A stretch of 64,000 bases of DNA from Ginglymostoma cirratum (GCA_024137785.1 JAHRHZ010000013.1:8706139-8770138), one strand, 5' to 3'. Positions 12,975-26,499 are shown, numbered from the stretch's first letter. Made by a program: numbers and translations. The notes: a model not told the origin generated them from the letters alone.

Positions 12975-13330
12975 AAAGACTTGAAGTTGTGACTATTGAA
13001 AGTCTCAAAGTATTTACAATTAAATGAAGTTTGAAGGGTAGTCACTGTTGTGATGTAGGAAGTGGGACAGTCAATACACGAACAGCAATCTCCCACAAAC
13101 AGCAAAGTGATAATGGCCAGATGATCTGCTTTGGTTGATGAATATGGAGAATTCCCCTGCTGTTCTTCACAGAGTGCCATATGATCTTTTACATCTAGCA
13201 GAACAAACAGATGGAATCCCAGTTTAACATCTTGAACAAAAGACAACAGTGCAGCTCTCCATTAATACTTAAAGTAGGATTTGAATATGGTCAGAGGCAA
13301 GAGCACTCCCGACTGAGCCACAGCTGATAC
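12975..13330 (-). mobile_element. Ancient Deu-domain tRNA SINE (SacSINE1/AmnSINE1-like)
   Basis: Minus strand: head gtatcagctgtggctcagtcgg, Deu core gatgttaaactggg...gatgtaaaagatcatatggcact...cagcaggggaattctcc, tail gctgtttgtgggagattgctg. Confidence 0.7.
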
Positions 13331-15407
13331 AGATGTTGCATTATGGCTGGATCCACAAGTACTGCAATAAAACTGAACATTTTCAGATCATAATCTTTAA
13401 GTCTACATAAAACCCTGTTTCGGTTTTGATCTATCTCCCTCCATGCTTCCTGGCAATGTAGCAGGCTGCCAATACACCAAGCAGCTCTGCGTGCATGTCC
13501 ATTAGCATTCTTCCATGTGCTGGCTCATCGGAGTTCTCAACTGCAGCAGAACTCAACTTTAACTTCACCCTCCATGGAACTGACATTTATGTCATCATAT
13601 TTCTTTGGATGGCTGTAGCTGTACATGTCCACTGACTCACCATGTGCTGATCATGTCTCTGTACTGCCCTGTACGTTCGGCATAGTATCAGTATCTGAGC
13701 TGTAAACGTGAAAATCAGTATTGCTTCATCAAGTTTGTTTCTGTTCTTGCACCCTTCATCGTGAAACCACATTGACTAGGCATGCAATAGGTCCTGGATA
13801 TGTGAAGTATAAATGCAGCAGAAGTTGGGTAGAAAGCACAAGATATATGGCCACACCATCAGCAGCTGAAACCCCATGTCAAATGGGTGAGAGTGAAGTG
13901 AGATTACATAAGAGACGTAGGACAGAAACATACCCACACCTTGATTATTCTCAGCAGTCTGTTACAATGACCTTAGTCACTACCATGCCAATTTGCAGCT
14001 GTGACTTCTCCAATAATGTTTTCCAACCTGAAAATGTTTGGTCCTATTGCAGTACTTGTGGATCTAACTATAATGCAACATCTGTACCAGCTGTGGCTCA
14101 GTTGGTAGTGATCTTGCCTTTGATCATGTTTAAATCTCTCTTTAAGCTTAGTAGAAAAAGGTGTGCCTTTGTCCCCGTGATTTTCTGCTGCTCCCTCCCA
14201 TTATGCACCACTTTGTCCTGCAAGAAAGAGGGACGTATGTCAGAGAATGTTCTGCAATATGCACCTATGATATACTGTCACAGCTGAATAGCTAAATGTA
14301 AAAACAATTTTCTGTTTAAGATGTTTTAAGTATTGTAGTTATTGTCATCATTGACAGCTGATTCTATGCTGCATCTGTACAGTGACCTTCTGAGACAGGT
14401 GGCCACCGCAATAAGAAAAGTATGTCGACTACTTCTCAAGTCTTCTCATCAAAAACAATTGCTGGAGATGTAACTGCTTGTCCAAGGAAGACTGGTAGAT
14501 ACTTTTTAATCTTGCTGATGTACAGACTGACACACCTGTATGCAGAGTTAAAGAGACTAATGGTAGTCTGACTGTTACTTGTGGTGTTATTTGTTGTTTT
14601 GTCAGTTCTGTTGGAGGGTCACCTTAATCTTGGCTTTCAGCCTGTTGAAATTGGAAAACTATCCAATGAGTCAACACTCAATTGTGACTCCTTGTGGCAA
14701 TTGGTTGAATGAGTTCCATGAATAAGCTGAGGTAGACAGTAAAGAGAGTTGACACATACATACAGTCTTCATTGACACTCACAAAGTTATATACCATTTA
14801 ACCCAATTCTTAAAATATCTCCTCGTCACTTTATGGAAGTAATTTCTGATACGGATAAAAAGGTTGTTTTCAAAGAATGTTCTGTTCCATTTTCAGTGTT
14901 AATGTCCAATCTCACTCAAACTCATTCACTTACAGATTTAAAAATGGATCCAAATGTTTAAGTGCAAATGTAGCAAACATCAGTTGGATACCTCATAATA
15001 TACCGCATGATTCTCAATTGTATGCATCTCTTCATTGTAAACATAAATCCAGCCGATCTCTAAATTGAATTAAATTATATATTTTATGAATTGCTTTTAG
15101 TGAAAGAACACATTGCACAATTTGCATTTCATCTTTGAAGATTACTCTACTTAATCAATCTGACATTAGTCATTACATGTGTTTTTAGTGAAGTGTTGAT
15201 TCCAGGAGATGAAAGAATTTTAATACATCAATACAAAACACACGATAACTCTCGGAACAACAGTACTTGATCTGCACAAAAAGCATCAATTATTGATATT
15301 TGTGGCACTCTCTTTTCCAGCAATAATGTAAATATCCACTTAAGAATACATTTCATATGGCTGGGAAAGGCAGTATTAGAGAGAATGTCCACTGAAATTA
15401 CCACGGA

Positions 15408-16858
15408 CTGTTTCTCTGATACATCGATGATATCATTGGTGCTGCTTCCCTCTTCCATCCAGAATTGGAAAACTTCATCAATTTTGCCTCCAATTTCCAC
15501 CCTGCCATCACGTTCACCTGGTCTATCTCTGCCTCCCCCCTTCCCTTCCTCGACTTTTCTATTTCCATTTCTGGGGATAGATTGGTCACTAATATCCACT
15601 ACAAACTCACTGACTCCCACAGCTGCCTGAACTATACATCCTCACACCCCACTTCCTGTAAAGACTCCGTCCAATTCTCTCAGTTCCTCCATCTCCATCA
15701 TATATGTTCAGCTGAGGCCAACTTCGATAAGGAGGCCTCCGAAATGTCCACCTTCTTCCTCAACCGAGGATCTCCCAGCCCTGTGGTCGACAGGGCCCTT
15801 AACTGACCCATCTCTAGCACTTCCACCCTCACCCCTTCTCTTCCCTCCCACAACAGTGATAGGGTTCCCCTTGTCCTCACCTATCATCTCATCAGCATCC
15901 ACATCCAGAAGATCATCAGGCGCCATTTCTGCCACCTCCAGCAAGATGCCACCACCAGACACATATTCCCCTCCCCTCCCTTGTCCGCCTTCCGCAAGGG
16001 CCATTCCCTCCAGAACACCCTGGTCCACATTTCCTTCACCCCCAACACCCCCCCACAGCCCTACAGCACTTTCCCCTGTAACCGGCGAAGGTGCAACACC
16101 TGCTCATTTACCTCCTTCCTCCCCAGTGTCCAAGGGCCCAAAAATACCTTCCAGGTGAAGCAACACTTTGCCTGCACTTTCCAGAACCTAGTCTACTGCA
16201 TTCGCTGCTCACAATGTGATCTCCTCCACATTGGGGAAACGAAGCGTAGACTAGGTGACTGCTTCGCAGAACATCTATGTTCTGCTCGCAAAAAAGACCC
16301 TGAACTACCTGTAACTTGCCACTTTAACGCACCACCCTGTTCCCTGACCAACTTGTCTGTCTCTGGCTTGCTGCAGTGTTTCAGTGAACCTCAACGCAAG
16401 CTGGAACAACACCTCATTTTCTGCTTGGGTACCCTGTGGCCCTCCAGACTCAATATTGAGTTTAGGGCCTAAATTCTCCCATGTCCCAGCCTCCTACCCC
16501 ACACCAGGCCTTGTTACCACATAGCCTGCCATTACACACTACCTGCTATTAGTCACTAATAGTCCCCGTTAACAACTATTCACCCTTCAGCCTGATCATT
16601 ATCAACTCTATATCTATCCAACTGCTCTTCTCTCTCTTTGGGCTCTATCCTATCATTTACTCCCTATCCCACCCCCCTCCCCTTTTTTCTGCATATAAAC
16701 TGACGTTTTCCCAGCCACCATCAGTTCTGAGGAAGGGTCCCTGGAGCCGAATCGTTAATTCTGTTTTCTCCTTCGCAGATGCTGCCAGATCTGCTGAGCT
16801 TTTCCAGCAACTTTGATTTTGCTCCTGATTTACAGCGTCCACAGTTCTTTTGTTTTTT
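15408..16858 (+). mobile_element. 5'-truncated PLE family A: RT catalytic end, GIY-YIG and pLTR
   Basis: YIDDIIGAA catalytic motif, LPFLD, KLTDSHSCLNYTSSHP, PCNRRRCNTC, LVYCIRCSQCDLLHIGETKRRL...HFN; UTR with HHR motif; frameshifts and stops present. Confidence 0.93.
16722..16763 (+). ncRNA. Degenerate hammerhead motif (family A)
   Basis: CTGAGGA-A-GGGTCC(ct)GGAGCC-GAAT-CGTTA; the GAAA box is mutated. Confidence 0.55.
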
Positions 16859-16971
16859 AATAAAGGGTAAATTGTCTGATCATTTAAAAAAGTGGAGTAT
16901 TTTCAAACCTTTTCAATACTTCTGGTAAAATTGTCTGAAATATATCTTCTGACACTTTCACAATTTAGCTG

Positions 16972-17162
16972 CTTTGGATATGGAGGGATTTGTTTACAAG
17001 GAAAGTTTGAATGGGTTGGGTTTGCACTCAGTGGAGTTTAGTAGAATGAGAAGAGATTTTGTTAAAGTTTATAAGATTCTTAGGGAGCTTAACATGGCCG
17101 ATACTGAGTGGTTCTTTCCCCTTGTTAGAGAATCTAGGGCCAGAGGGTATAATCTCAAGGTT
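16972..17162 (+). mobile_element. CR1 ORF2 C-terminal fragment
   Basis: YKESLNGLGLHSVEFSRMRRDFVKVYKILREL...FPLVRESRARGYNLK. Confidence 0.75.
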
Positions 17163-17392
17163 GATTGATACCATTGTTATTTTACATGTCAGAAATGATC
17201 AATTTAAATATCTGACATGACGGGCAACGCGCAAGTTTATATTCTATGTCAACAGTGGGGTGAAAGCAGGAAAAACGATATCCAGGTCCTGAAGCTGACT
17301 TACGGCAACTGACATATGAAAAGATGGGGCTTACTGTAAACTTCATGTCCCTTTCCCAAAATTGGACTGCCATGAGTACCATGAAAGCTGAG

Positions 17393-17700
17393 ACAGCTGG
17401 TGGCTCAGTGGGTAGTACTGCTGCCTCACAGCCCCAGGGACCCGGGTGACTGTCTGTGTAGAGTTTGCACATTCTCCCTATATCTGCTTGGGTTTCCTCC
17501 GGGTGCTCTGGTTTCCTCCCATAGTCCAAAGATGTGCAGGCTAGGTGGATCGGCCATGCTAAATTGCCCATATGGTTCAGCGATGTGTAGATTAGTTGGG
17601 TTATGGGGGGATGGGTCTGGGTGAGATGCTCTGAAGGTCGGTGTGGACTTGCTGGGCTGAAGGACCTGTTTCCACACTGTAGGGATTCTATGGTCTATGA
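17393..17700 (+). mobile_element. HE1-type V-SINE
   Basis: Same head, V-domain and tail as 7061 and 49707; ends agggattctatggtctatga. Confidence 0.9.
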
Positions 17701-17999
17701 ACTAAGTTTACAAGACCTTGAAGGATCAACTAGAGGCCAGCACTAAAACCATATTTTGGAAAAGTAAAACTGTGCTGAATGTGGAGCTATGCAAGATTTT
17801 TGTTAAACAATGACATGAAGTAATATGGTTAAATATAGAGTTAGATCACAGAATGTCAAAGAATGGTAAACAGGTTTGAGTGATTAAAGTGATTTCCTTT
17901 TCCTATATTTCTACCAGTATACCCTTCCATCTCCTGAACCTGCTTCAGTTGGACTATGACCGATGCACACCTTAAACTATTTACCTGTGTTTACTTCAC

Positions 18000-18305
18000 T
18001 GTGGGAGAGTCTAGGGTCAGAGGGCATAATCTCAGATGAAGGAGTGCCACTTCTGAGACAGAGATAAGGAGGAATTTCTTCTCTGAGGATGGTGAATCTG
18101 TAGAATTCTTTACTGCAGAGGACTGTTGAGGCTGGGTCATTTAGTATATTCAAGGCTGACATTGGCAGATTTTGAATCAGGAGTTCTGGAGAAAAGACAG
18201 GAAAGTGGAGTGGAGGATCATTAGATCAGCCATGATCTCATTGAATGGTAGAGCAGACTCAATGGACTGAATGACCTACTTTTACTCCTTTGTTTTACGG
18301 TCTTA
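18000..18305 (+). mobile_element. CR1 3' fragment
   Basis: GESRxRGHNL-like start, aggaatttcttctctgagg...gtgaatctg, tail gatcagccatgatctcattgaatgg. Confidence 0.75.
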
Positions 18306-18529
18306 TTTCTAGAACTCAAATCTACCCATATCATTCTCGAGTGTTCCAGTATCCATAGCCTGTTGAGTGAAGGGTTCCAGATTTCTACAATCTAAAGTAA
18401 TTGTGATACATACTTAGAGTCATGCAGGCAAATTAAATCAGCAGGTATGTGGGATTAAAGTAATTGAAGAGTTCAGCACAATTGGGGGATGCAGCTGCAA
18501 ATCTATCAACTATCAGAAATGAGAAAATA

Positions 18530-18643
18530 GATTAGGTGAGGTATAGGGGGATGGGTCTGGGTGGGATGCCCTGAGGGTCAGCGTGGACTTGTTGGGCAGA
18601 AGTGTCTGGTTCCACACTGTAGGGATACTATGATCTTCTATGA
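18530..18643 (+). mobile_element. HE1 SINE 3' fragment
   Basis: gggatgggtctgggtggg...ttccacactgtagggatactatga. Confidence 0.75.
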
Positions 18644-18811
18644 TATCCTGCAAATCATCTTAAAACTGGAAAATAAGCTTGCACATTTTGCCTCTGAAAA
18701 TCAATTTCCAGATATGTTAGGTTTCCTGGAGTATATTGCCATCCTCAAAACATTCTGACAGACTGAATTCCTGCCCTTTGTACAAGAACCTGATTTTCAT
18801 CTCAAAGGAAT

Positions 18812-19070
18812 GGGGTCTTATGGTACAGTGCTTGTGTCCCTACCTCTGAGCCAGGAGGCCTAGGTTCAAGTCCTACTTGCTCAAGAGGCATGTAATTACA
18901 TCTCCGAACAGGTTGTTTAGAAAATATCTGGAAGGAAAATCAGCAGGGAAGCGGTGGTCCAATGATATTATCACTGGACTGATGATCTAGAGCCCCATAC
19001 TAATGGACTGGGACGTGATTCAAATCATGCCCTGGCAGATGGTGAAATGTGAACTCAATAAAATGTGGAA
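18812..19070 (+). mobile_element. Two adjacent tRNA-derived SINE fragments
   Basis: B-box-like ggttcaagtcc at about 18863; second head gggaagcggtggtccaatg...atcactggact matches the 22081/48149 family. Confidence 0.5.
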
Positions 19071-19166
19071 AGCAAATCAGCTCAGTTCTTACTTCAACAG
19101 ATCATTGCTGTGTAGTGAAGACAAAAATCTAATACAATGCCTATAATTAATCCTTTTTGAAGGACT

Positions 19167-20680
19167 TAAGTTTGGTGGGAGGATGAACAATGATGAAGAT
19201 GCAAAGTTGATTCATTGTGATTTGGACAAGTTGAGTGAATGCACAAATGCAAGACAAATGAAGAATAATGTGCATTTATGTGAGGTAACCCATTGTGGTA
19301 GCAAAAACAGGAAGGCAGACCATGATCTGAATGGTGATAGATTGGGAAAAGGGGAGGTGCAATGAGACCTTGACATCCTTGTACACTAGTCACTGAAAGT
19401 TAGAATGCAGGTGTAACAAGCGGTGAAAAAGTCAATGGTATTTTGGCCTTCGTTGTAGTTTTGATTCCAGGAGCAGGGATGTCTTGCTCCAACTGTATAG
19501 GCCATGTTGTGGGCTCGCCTGGAGTATTGTGTGCAATTTTGGTTGCTTATCAGAAGAAAGATGTTTTGGCAACATGGAGGGCACACAAAGATGGCTTACC
19601 AGACTGATTCCTGGGATGGCAAATGACAAATTGTGACGACACTATGGCTTTAAGAGATGTGTTTTGTCCTGGTTTCTTTTACAGAAAGATTGGGGAAAGG
19701 GTGCCAAGCAGTCCATTAGAAGATAAGCCTAGGGTGTTTTATTTAAAAGTTGTAACAATAGAATTAGCCTGAATGGTGTGGTCAAGCTCTTGCAGAACCA
19801 GGAATTTTAGGTTTAGCATTCAGCAGTTGTTGCTGGGGTCACAGCAGGGTTCAAAGGCAGTGAATCTCTCCCAGCTGCTGCATTCTGTCAGAGTTTTCTC
19901 TGGATGCTTTTCGTTCGGGGCTGCTGGAGTTGCATGTGAGACAATCTGTTTTTCTGAATTTGCCTTTTGTCAAGGGTGTGTTTATGAGATGTTACTAGAA
20001 TTGAACAGTTACTGCTTAGTAGTAAAATAATCTATTATTCTGTTAAGTGTTCCAACAGAGTACAGTTCCAAGTTCATCTTTCTTTTATTGTATTTTAAGC
20101 GTAATGTTTGAATAAATTATGTTTTAATTGATGTCAAGTAGTTTAAACAATCAAATTGCACCTGGAACATAGCACCTCACATTTACCTTTAAAATAAGAA
20201 AACGTTAGGGCCTAGGCTACCTTCTTAATATATTTTGAGGGGGTTTCTGGTCTGGTCCATAACGATATGAGGAGAGACTGGATCAGTTAGGACTATATTC
20301 ATTAGAGTTAAAAGAAAGAAAGAGGATCTTTAGAAACCTATAAAATTCAGGAAGGAAGTTCCTGATGAATGGGGAGTCAAGAATCATGGGTCACAGTCTA
20401 AGGATATGGGGTAGGCCGCTTAGGACTCTGTTGAGGAGAAACCTTTTCACCCAAAGAGTGGTGAGGCTGTGGAATTCTTGGTCACGGAAGGTGGTTCAGG
20501 CTAAAACATTGAAACTTTTCAGTAAAGAATTAGATATAGTTCCTCGGGCTGATGGAATCAAAGGATACAGGAAGAAAGCAGAAACAGGCTACTATGTTGG
20601 ATAATCAGCCATGATCATATTGAATGGTGGAGCCAGTTTGCCGTGTTGAAGGGGGTTACTCCTGCTCCTGTTATCTATGC
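19167..20680 (+). mobile_element. CR1 LINE 3' portion split by a solo LTR
   Basis: KLGG...DLDKLSE, LEYCVQFW, GESRIMGHSLRI...FTQRVVRLWNS; CR1 sequence is continuous across 19631/20265. Confidence 0.85.
19632..20264 (+). mobile_element. Solo LTR (633 bp)
   Basis: Starts TGTGACG and ends CATAACG (CA mutated); 4-bp flanks aaat/atat restore the CR1 target tgac-atat-gaggag; AATAAA at 20111. Confidence 0.7.
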
Positions 20681-22080
20681 ATCCTTGCAATATTTAGCAA
20701 GTATTTAGATGAATATTTGAAATGCCAGAGCATACAAAGCTTTGGGCCAAGTGCTTGGAAATGTGTGATAACCAGTGCAGACGTGATACAAAGGGCCTCT
20801 TTTCAGGCTGTAATACTCTATGATTCTATATAGTTGCTAGGTCATACTGGAATGAGATAACAATATAAAAGATTTTCTTTAAAAAACATGCCTTGAGAAA
20901 ATCAATAGAATTGTTCCCATCGTTGACTTTGTTTATTTAGGCCTAAACTAAAGAAGATTGACTTGGATAACTGAATTGAAGACTGTAAGAAGCTTTTTAG
21001 CTTTTCTATTCTCAAAAGCAAAAATTCACCGTAATGCTTAATTAATATCAGATATGTACCTCCTACACTTGACATTTAACAGTCTCAGTGGTGAGTTGGT
21101 AGACTGATGGCGATGCTGTGCCTCTGTTGTAGGGGTAGTGCATGCTGTTCCTGATGGTGTGTCACTTTTGTTATTGATGTTGCACCATGTGCTGGTGATG
21201 CTTTTGGTGTTGTCTTATTTGATAACTATGTTGTTGGCATTATTGATTATGATTTCTACTTTTTAAGCCAAAATGTAAGCCAATGACAATAAGGTGTTTA
21301 GCCTGATATGTCTTTCTGTAAAACTGTATCATGATGTTGAACCCATATTATTCAGCAAATTCCTTACACACTCTGGAAGTTCATTATCCTGTTCTTTCAG
21401 GAATCATTTGCTCGGCAAACAGAGCTCATAATTCTGAGCTGATTGTTATAACTCTCAAATCTTTTATATTTCTGATAATATGAAACTTTGAGTGATAATC
21501 TGTTATGAGATACCATTCTTCTGAATAAGTTGGCACAAACAATATGCCATGGCTTGTACTTCATTAGCTGCCCGCTGCTCTTTATGGTGTGTGTTTCAGT
21601 ACTTCTGGTCTACATTGCATGTAAATACCATTGTAGATACCTATCTGGTACAGAGTTGATCTGGCTCCAAGCTTAACAATTCTCCATTTCTATGTGCTGT
21701 TTGTGTATCTTTTGGAGACATTCTGTCTATATCATTTTAGGTACAGCGATTCTTGATCTGACTAGCAGGACACCATCTTTTTTGTGAGATGCTGGCCTTG
21801 TTTTGCATATATCCAAAAGGGCATCAGAACCCTGGATCCAGACATCCCACCCCAGTTCTCAACTAATCCTATTTCAATGGTAGGGGAACATGGTGAGACA
21901 TGACATGCATGGGGGCAACCTGAACCCAGCAGGGATATTTGAACTCCATGGTTAGTTCAAGCAGATGTGTTTTAATTGAAGCAAGGATATTATCCTGTAA
22001 TTTAGCATTTTTCACGTCTATGTATACATTTAGTGACTGTTTTAAGAACAGTTTAACCAGTCCCTTTGTAGAAGCTTTGT

Positions 22081-22430
22081 GGGAGGTGATGGCCGAATGA
22101 TATTAGCACTGGATTGTTAATCAGCCGCTGAGTTAATGTTCTGGTGGACTTGGGTTACAGATGGTAGAATTTTAGTTCAATAAAAATAATCTGTAATTAA
22201 GAGTCTAATGATGGCCAAAACTCCATTACTAATTGTCAGGAAAAACCCATCTGGTTCACTAATATCCTTTAGGGGAGGAAGCTGCACTCCTTACCCAGTC
22301 TGACCTACATGTGACCCAGACCCACAGCAATGTGGTTGATCCTTAACTGCCCACTGGGCAATTAGGGATGGGCAATAAATGCTTCTATATCCAGTGACAC
22401 CCTCACCCCATGAATGAATTAAAAAAAAAA
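22081..22430 (+). mobile_element. tRNA-derived SINE with L2-like tail
   Basis: Head gggaggtgatggcc; body aaaacccatctggttcact; tail gggcaattagggatgggcaataaatgc...ccatgaatgaat-(A)n; second copy at 48149. Confidence 0.85.
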
Positions 22431-24064
22431 CCTGCACATGTCCATGATTGGAAGGGTGATATTCAAGCTCAAAGTGCAGAGGATAGATAAATCACAAAAG
22501 ATCAGCCTTGGAGCTTTGCAATTAATTATGAGATAGCTAAATGTGATATGGTCCTGTGTTATGTATTCACCTATGAACTAAAATATTTCATTTCACAATC
22601 ATGATCTATAAGTATTGTGTGGATAGAAAGAGGCTGACGTTTTTCAAGCACAACCATCACATAATAATGTCTATGTTCCACCCAGGGTAGTTAACCAGTT
22701 AATGATGCAATAACAACCACACAATCTGCGCTCTATAATGTTGACTGAGGACTGACATTGACATGCATGCCTGTGATAACTTCCCTAGCACCCCTCAGAA
22801 CCCTGGAGTCCGGACCATATCCCACCTTTCCCAAATCGGGCCTACTGCGAGGTCAGGGACTCTGAACACTGGAAAGAGACTTTTCTCTCCACTGGCAAAA
22901 GAACTGTTTTAGAGTTTGTATGCTGCCTACTCAGTATCCTCCTGTTGCTTGTTACTGAGTGTGAACTGAATAGTCTGCACATGTTCATTAGTACAGTGTG
23001 CATGCTCAAACAGTAAAGTTGTTTGGCCAACAGCAAGTGGAGACTCCAGTGGTCTCCCCAGCCATTGTCCAGAGAGATCCAGTGCAAGTAGCACCCTAGA
23101 AAAGCCACATACAAGACATGGGATGATAAGGCACTCTACTGAATGATCCTGTAAAATATGGTATATTTGGTAAACCCTGTGTTGTAAATACATTACAGAA
23201 TGTTCAGTTCAACTTCCTAAATCTCTTCCTATATTTCATCTCTGACTTCAAGTTAAAATCTCACTTCTTAAAATTTTTCTAACTGTGTTCATTCCATGAG
23301 TAGTATACACTTTGGACCGACTTTGTGAAGAAGTTTTACAGTGTCTAAATATCTCTTATCCTTGGTTTCAAGGACTAGCAAAACTGCTGGCATGTAGGTT
23401 AAGCAAAGCATGAAATGTATCTATTAATGCTATATTACAAATAAATTGGAATCTAAGCAGGCATGAATTGTGAGAAGGTGCAGGTCAAATTGTTTCTGAT
23501 CCATTGTTTACCCACAAGATCAGATTATTAATGATGACTGTGAAGATTGCTACTTTCAGCAAAATTCTGTCTTGAGGTTTAACGCAAAATGAATTCCTTG
23601 TTTCTTTTTATCATTTAGTATTTTCAGTCCTGAATGTTATGTTTTTCAGAATTGAATGATGGGACAACTGACTATGAAACTAAACATAAAATGCAGAGTT
23701 AAATATCATAATAATTATCCCTTTGGGAAAGAAGCTACCCTCTTACTATTTAAATTATCTACTATAAGATTAAGGATACATCTAATGTAAATCTAAACTG
23801 TCAATTAGATTGCTGCTTTGTAATTACTTTTTGTAACAGTTGTTCAGTTTCCATTAAACAAGCTGAAAGCAACCAAACGTTTTCAGCGTTGAAGAGCAAT
23901 TTATTATTTTGAGAAAGCTTTGCCGCTGTTTGCAATGCAAATTATGAGCAAAAACATTAGAGAGTCTAAACATAGATCACATGCTTGAGTGGGAACGGCA
24001 TAAAGGTCAATAGACTAAAACTCTTTGTTGTCAGGAAAGCTTTTTGACAAGTGTTTCTTTTAGT

Positions 24065-24440
24065 GTTACTTTGGCTCAGAATGAGTGTTCCTAGCTCTGT
24101 CTCAGAAAATCATAGGTTCAAGCTTCACTCCAAACCGGAACAGATTTTAGGTTGGTACTTCAATACTGCAATGTAACAGGTGTTGCCATTTGGCTACAAT
24201 GTTAAACTAGGGCCCTAATTGTCTACCTGTGAAAAACTAAAAGTTCTTAGAGCATGATTGAAAGATGTTCACTTGAGTGCTTTTAGAATTCCATCTAATC
24301 TCACCAAAACTCATTATCTGGTCAATCATCTCATTCCTTTTTGTAGGACTCTGCAAATTGGCTGTGTGTTTCCTGCATTGCATTATGCAACACATCAGAA
24401 AAATTACTTCACTAATTGTGAAACTGAAGTTGCAAAATGT
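24065..24440 (+). mobile_element. Very decayed Deu-domain SINE
   Basis: tggctcag head, aatgttaaactagggcc core, gcaaattggctg...tttcctgcatt tail; colinear with the 12975-13330 copy. Confidence 0.5.
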
Positions 24441-25889
24441 TTTAAGCAGGGGAAGTGGCGGTGTAATATGAGTGGGCTCATAACCCGGGGCTCAGGCTAA
24501 TTGTCTGAGGGCATGAGTTCAAATCTCATGAAGACTGGTGATGCAATTAGAACCTGGTCAGTCAAACTCTCTTAACTGTGCAGGCCTACCTCTTCCTGCA
24601 TCGCCTACAGCATTTGCTTAGTGAGTTCCTAGAATTTATAGGAGTATGTGTCCTCATGTAGTTTCAGTACTAAAACACATATGTCTGGTGTTACTTCTCT
24701 TGGAGAGTCTAATTCTTAGAAATTGCATACAATCTTTTGTTTTAGAAGGAGCAACAAGTTTGCTTCGTAGTCAATTGTAGACTATTTCATTTGATAGCCA
24801 TTAACAACTTTCCTAACTTATGAGATGAAATTTGGAATGAGAGGGTGAGGCTTAGAAAGACATATATTGTAGGATGATTCCCCATGACCACTAGTCATTT
24901 TAGTGACATGAAATCCTGAGGTTTAGGGATGGATGATCAAATTAAATATTGATTTGCTGTCTAATTTGTCTCCAATAGCAGTTTGCATTTATCTATGCTG
25001 GCCTGATGAGACCATTAAACATCTTCCTGCATTGGAAAGGGATTCTGGGGTTAGCGCAGTGTTTCCCAAGCTCTGTGTTAAGACTTCATTGAGATTGCCA
25101 ACATGGTTAATGGGTTCATGAGCTATCCTTCCTTCGAGACTGTGGCTTGACACAAAGACACATGCAACATCTGGCCAAGCCCTAATCGTACTTGTCGTTT
25201 GATGGTATGTACAGCCACCTACTTTAGTGAAGGCAGAATGCAGCAGAGGGCTTGAATTGTTGCTATCTTTCTGTGGAACAACACGGAACAAGAGAAATAA
25301 TAGTCATTGTGAGCTAAGGAGAGTACCTTCTTTGAGAATTGGGGAACATGGACAGCTTGCCTGAAAACCAACAAAAGTCGATGAAATAATAAAACTTTTA
25401 CAAGCTACTCCAAAGCAATGATTTTCATAATTGTGTACGGATTGTTACGAATGCTGCTTTGTTGCACTTATTTTGTTGGTGTCTGTGTCAATGTTAATTT
25501 TCCAAGCCTTCAAGTGGGCTCATGATGGTCAAGAGTTTGGTAATTACTGTGTGAGGGAGTTGGCACTTAAAGTCTTTTCCACTTTCTGGTTCTTGCTGCT
25601 CTATCTGCTGGTTTGTTCTGGCCATTCTAAGTGATTTTACAAAGAATAGATCAGACAAAGCTCTGCAGTTCTGTGAAATCCAGTAATTAGTAGACGTAGG
25701 TGGTTAAACAACTAATTAGAGGAGCAAGCTCTACAAACATACCCAACCTCAATTATGTGGGAGCCCAGCACAGCACTGCAAGGGTTAAAACTGAAGCATT
25801 TGCAATTTGCAACCATCTTTAGCCAGAAGTACCAAGTGGATGATTCATCCTGGCCTCCTCTTGAGGTCCCCACCATCATAAATTAAGAT

Positions 25890-26450
25890 GTACTGTGAAG
25901 AAAAGGACCTGGTGGATGCATTGTACTCAGATTTTCAGACAGCATTTCATAAAATGCCACATTAAAAGTTATTGTGAAAAATAAAGCTCATTATGAAGGG
26001 TAAAAGAATATTGACATGGATGAAAGATTAACTGGCCAGCAGGAAGCAGACAGCTGGCATTAATAAGTGAATTTCTGGCTAGCAAGCTGTAATGCGTGAT
26101 GTGCCGTTGGGATCAGTGCTGGGACACTTGTTTACAATTCTGGCAAATGACTTGGATGAAGGAATGGAAGGGTATGGTTGCTGATTTGCTGATAACACAT
26201 AGATAGGGAGAAAAGTAAGTATCAACTATGATATAAGGAAGCTCCAAAAAGATATAGGTTATGGTTATAAAAATATACTGAATGTATTAAATAGTAATTT
26301 AATGAATAGATAAGACAAGGAATAAGGAAATAGATACAGTGGACAAATGTATGGCAAAAGAAGTACAATGTGACAAATGTGAAATTCTCCATTTTGGTAG
26401 AAAAAAAGCATATTATCTACATGTTAGAGAATCCAGAGCTTTAAAATGTC
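25890..26450 (+). mobile_element. CR1 RT fragment
   Basis: DALYSDFQTAFHKMPH, GVPxGSVLG-like and FADNT motifs. Confidence 0.7.
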
Positions 26451-26499
26451 AGCCACAGTGCTCAAGACTTGCTTTTCAGATTTAGACCCTCCATTAGCC

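Noticed and set aside
13721-14287. 188-aa ORF
   Set aside because: Non-ATG start, no recognisable domain or exon structure; likely chance or repeat-derived.
21270-21840. Possible LINE endonuclease relic on the minus strand
   Set aside because: Too decayed to support boundaries or family.
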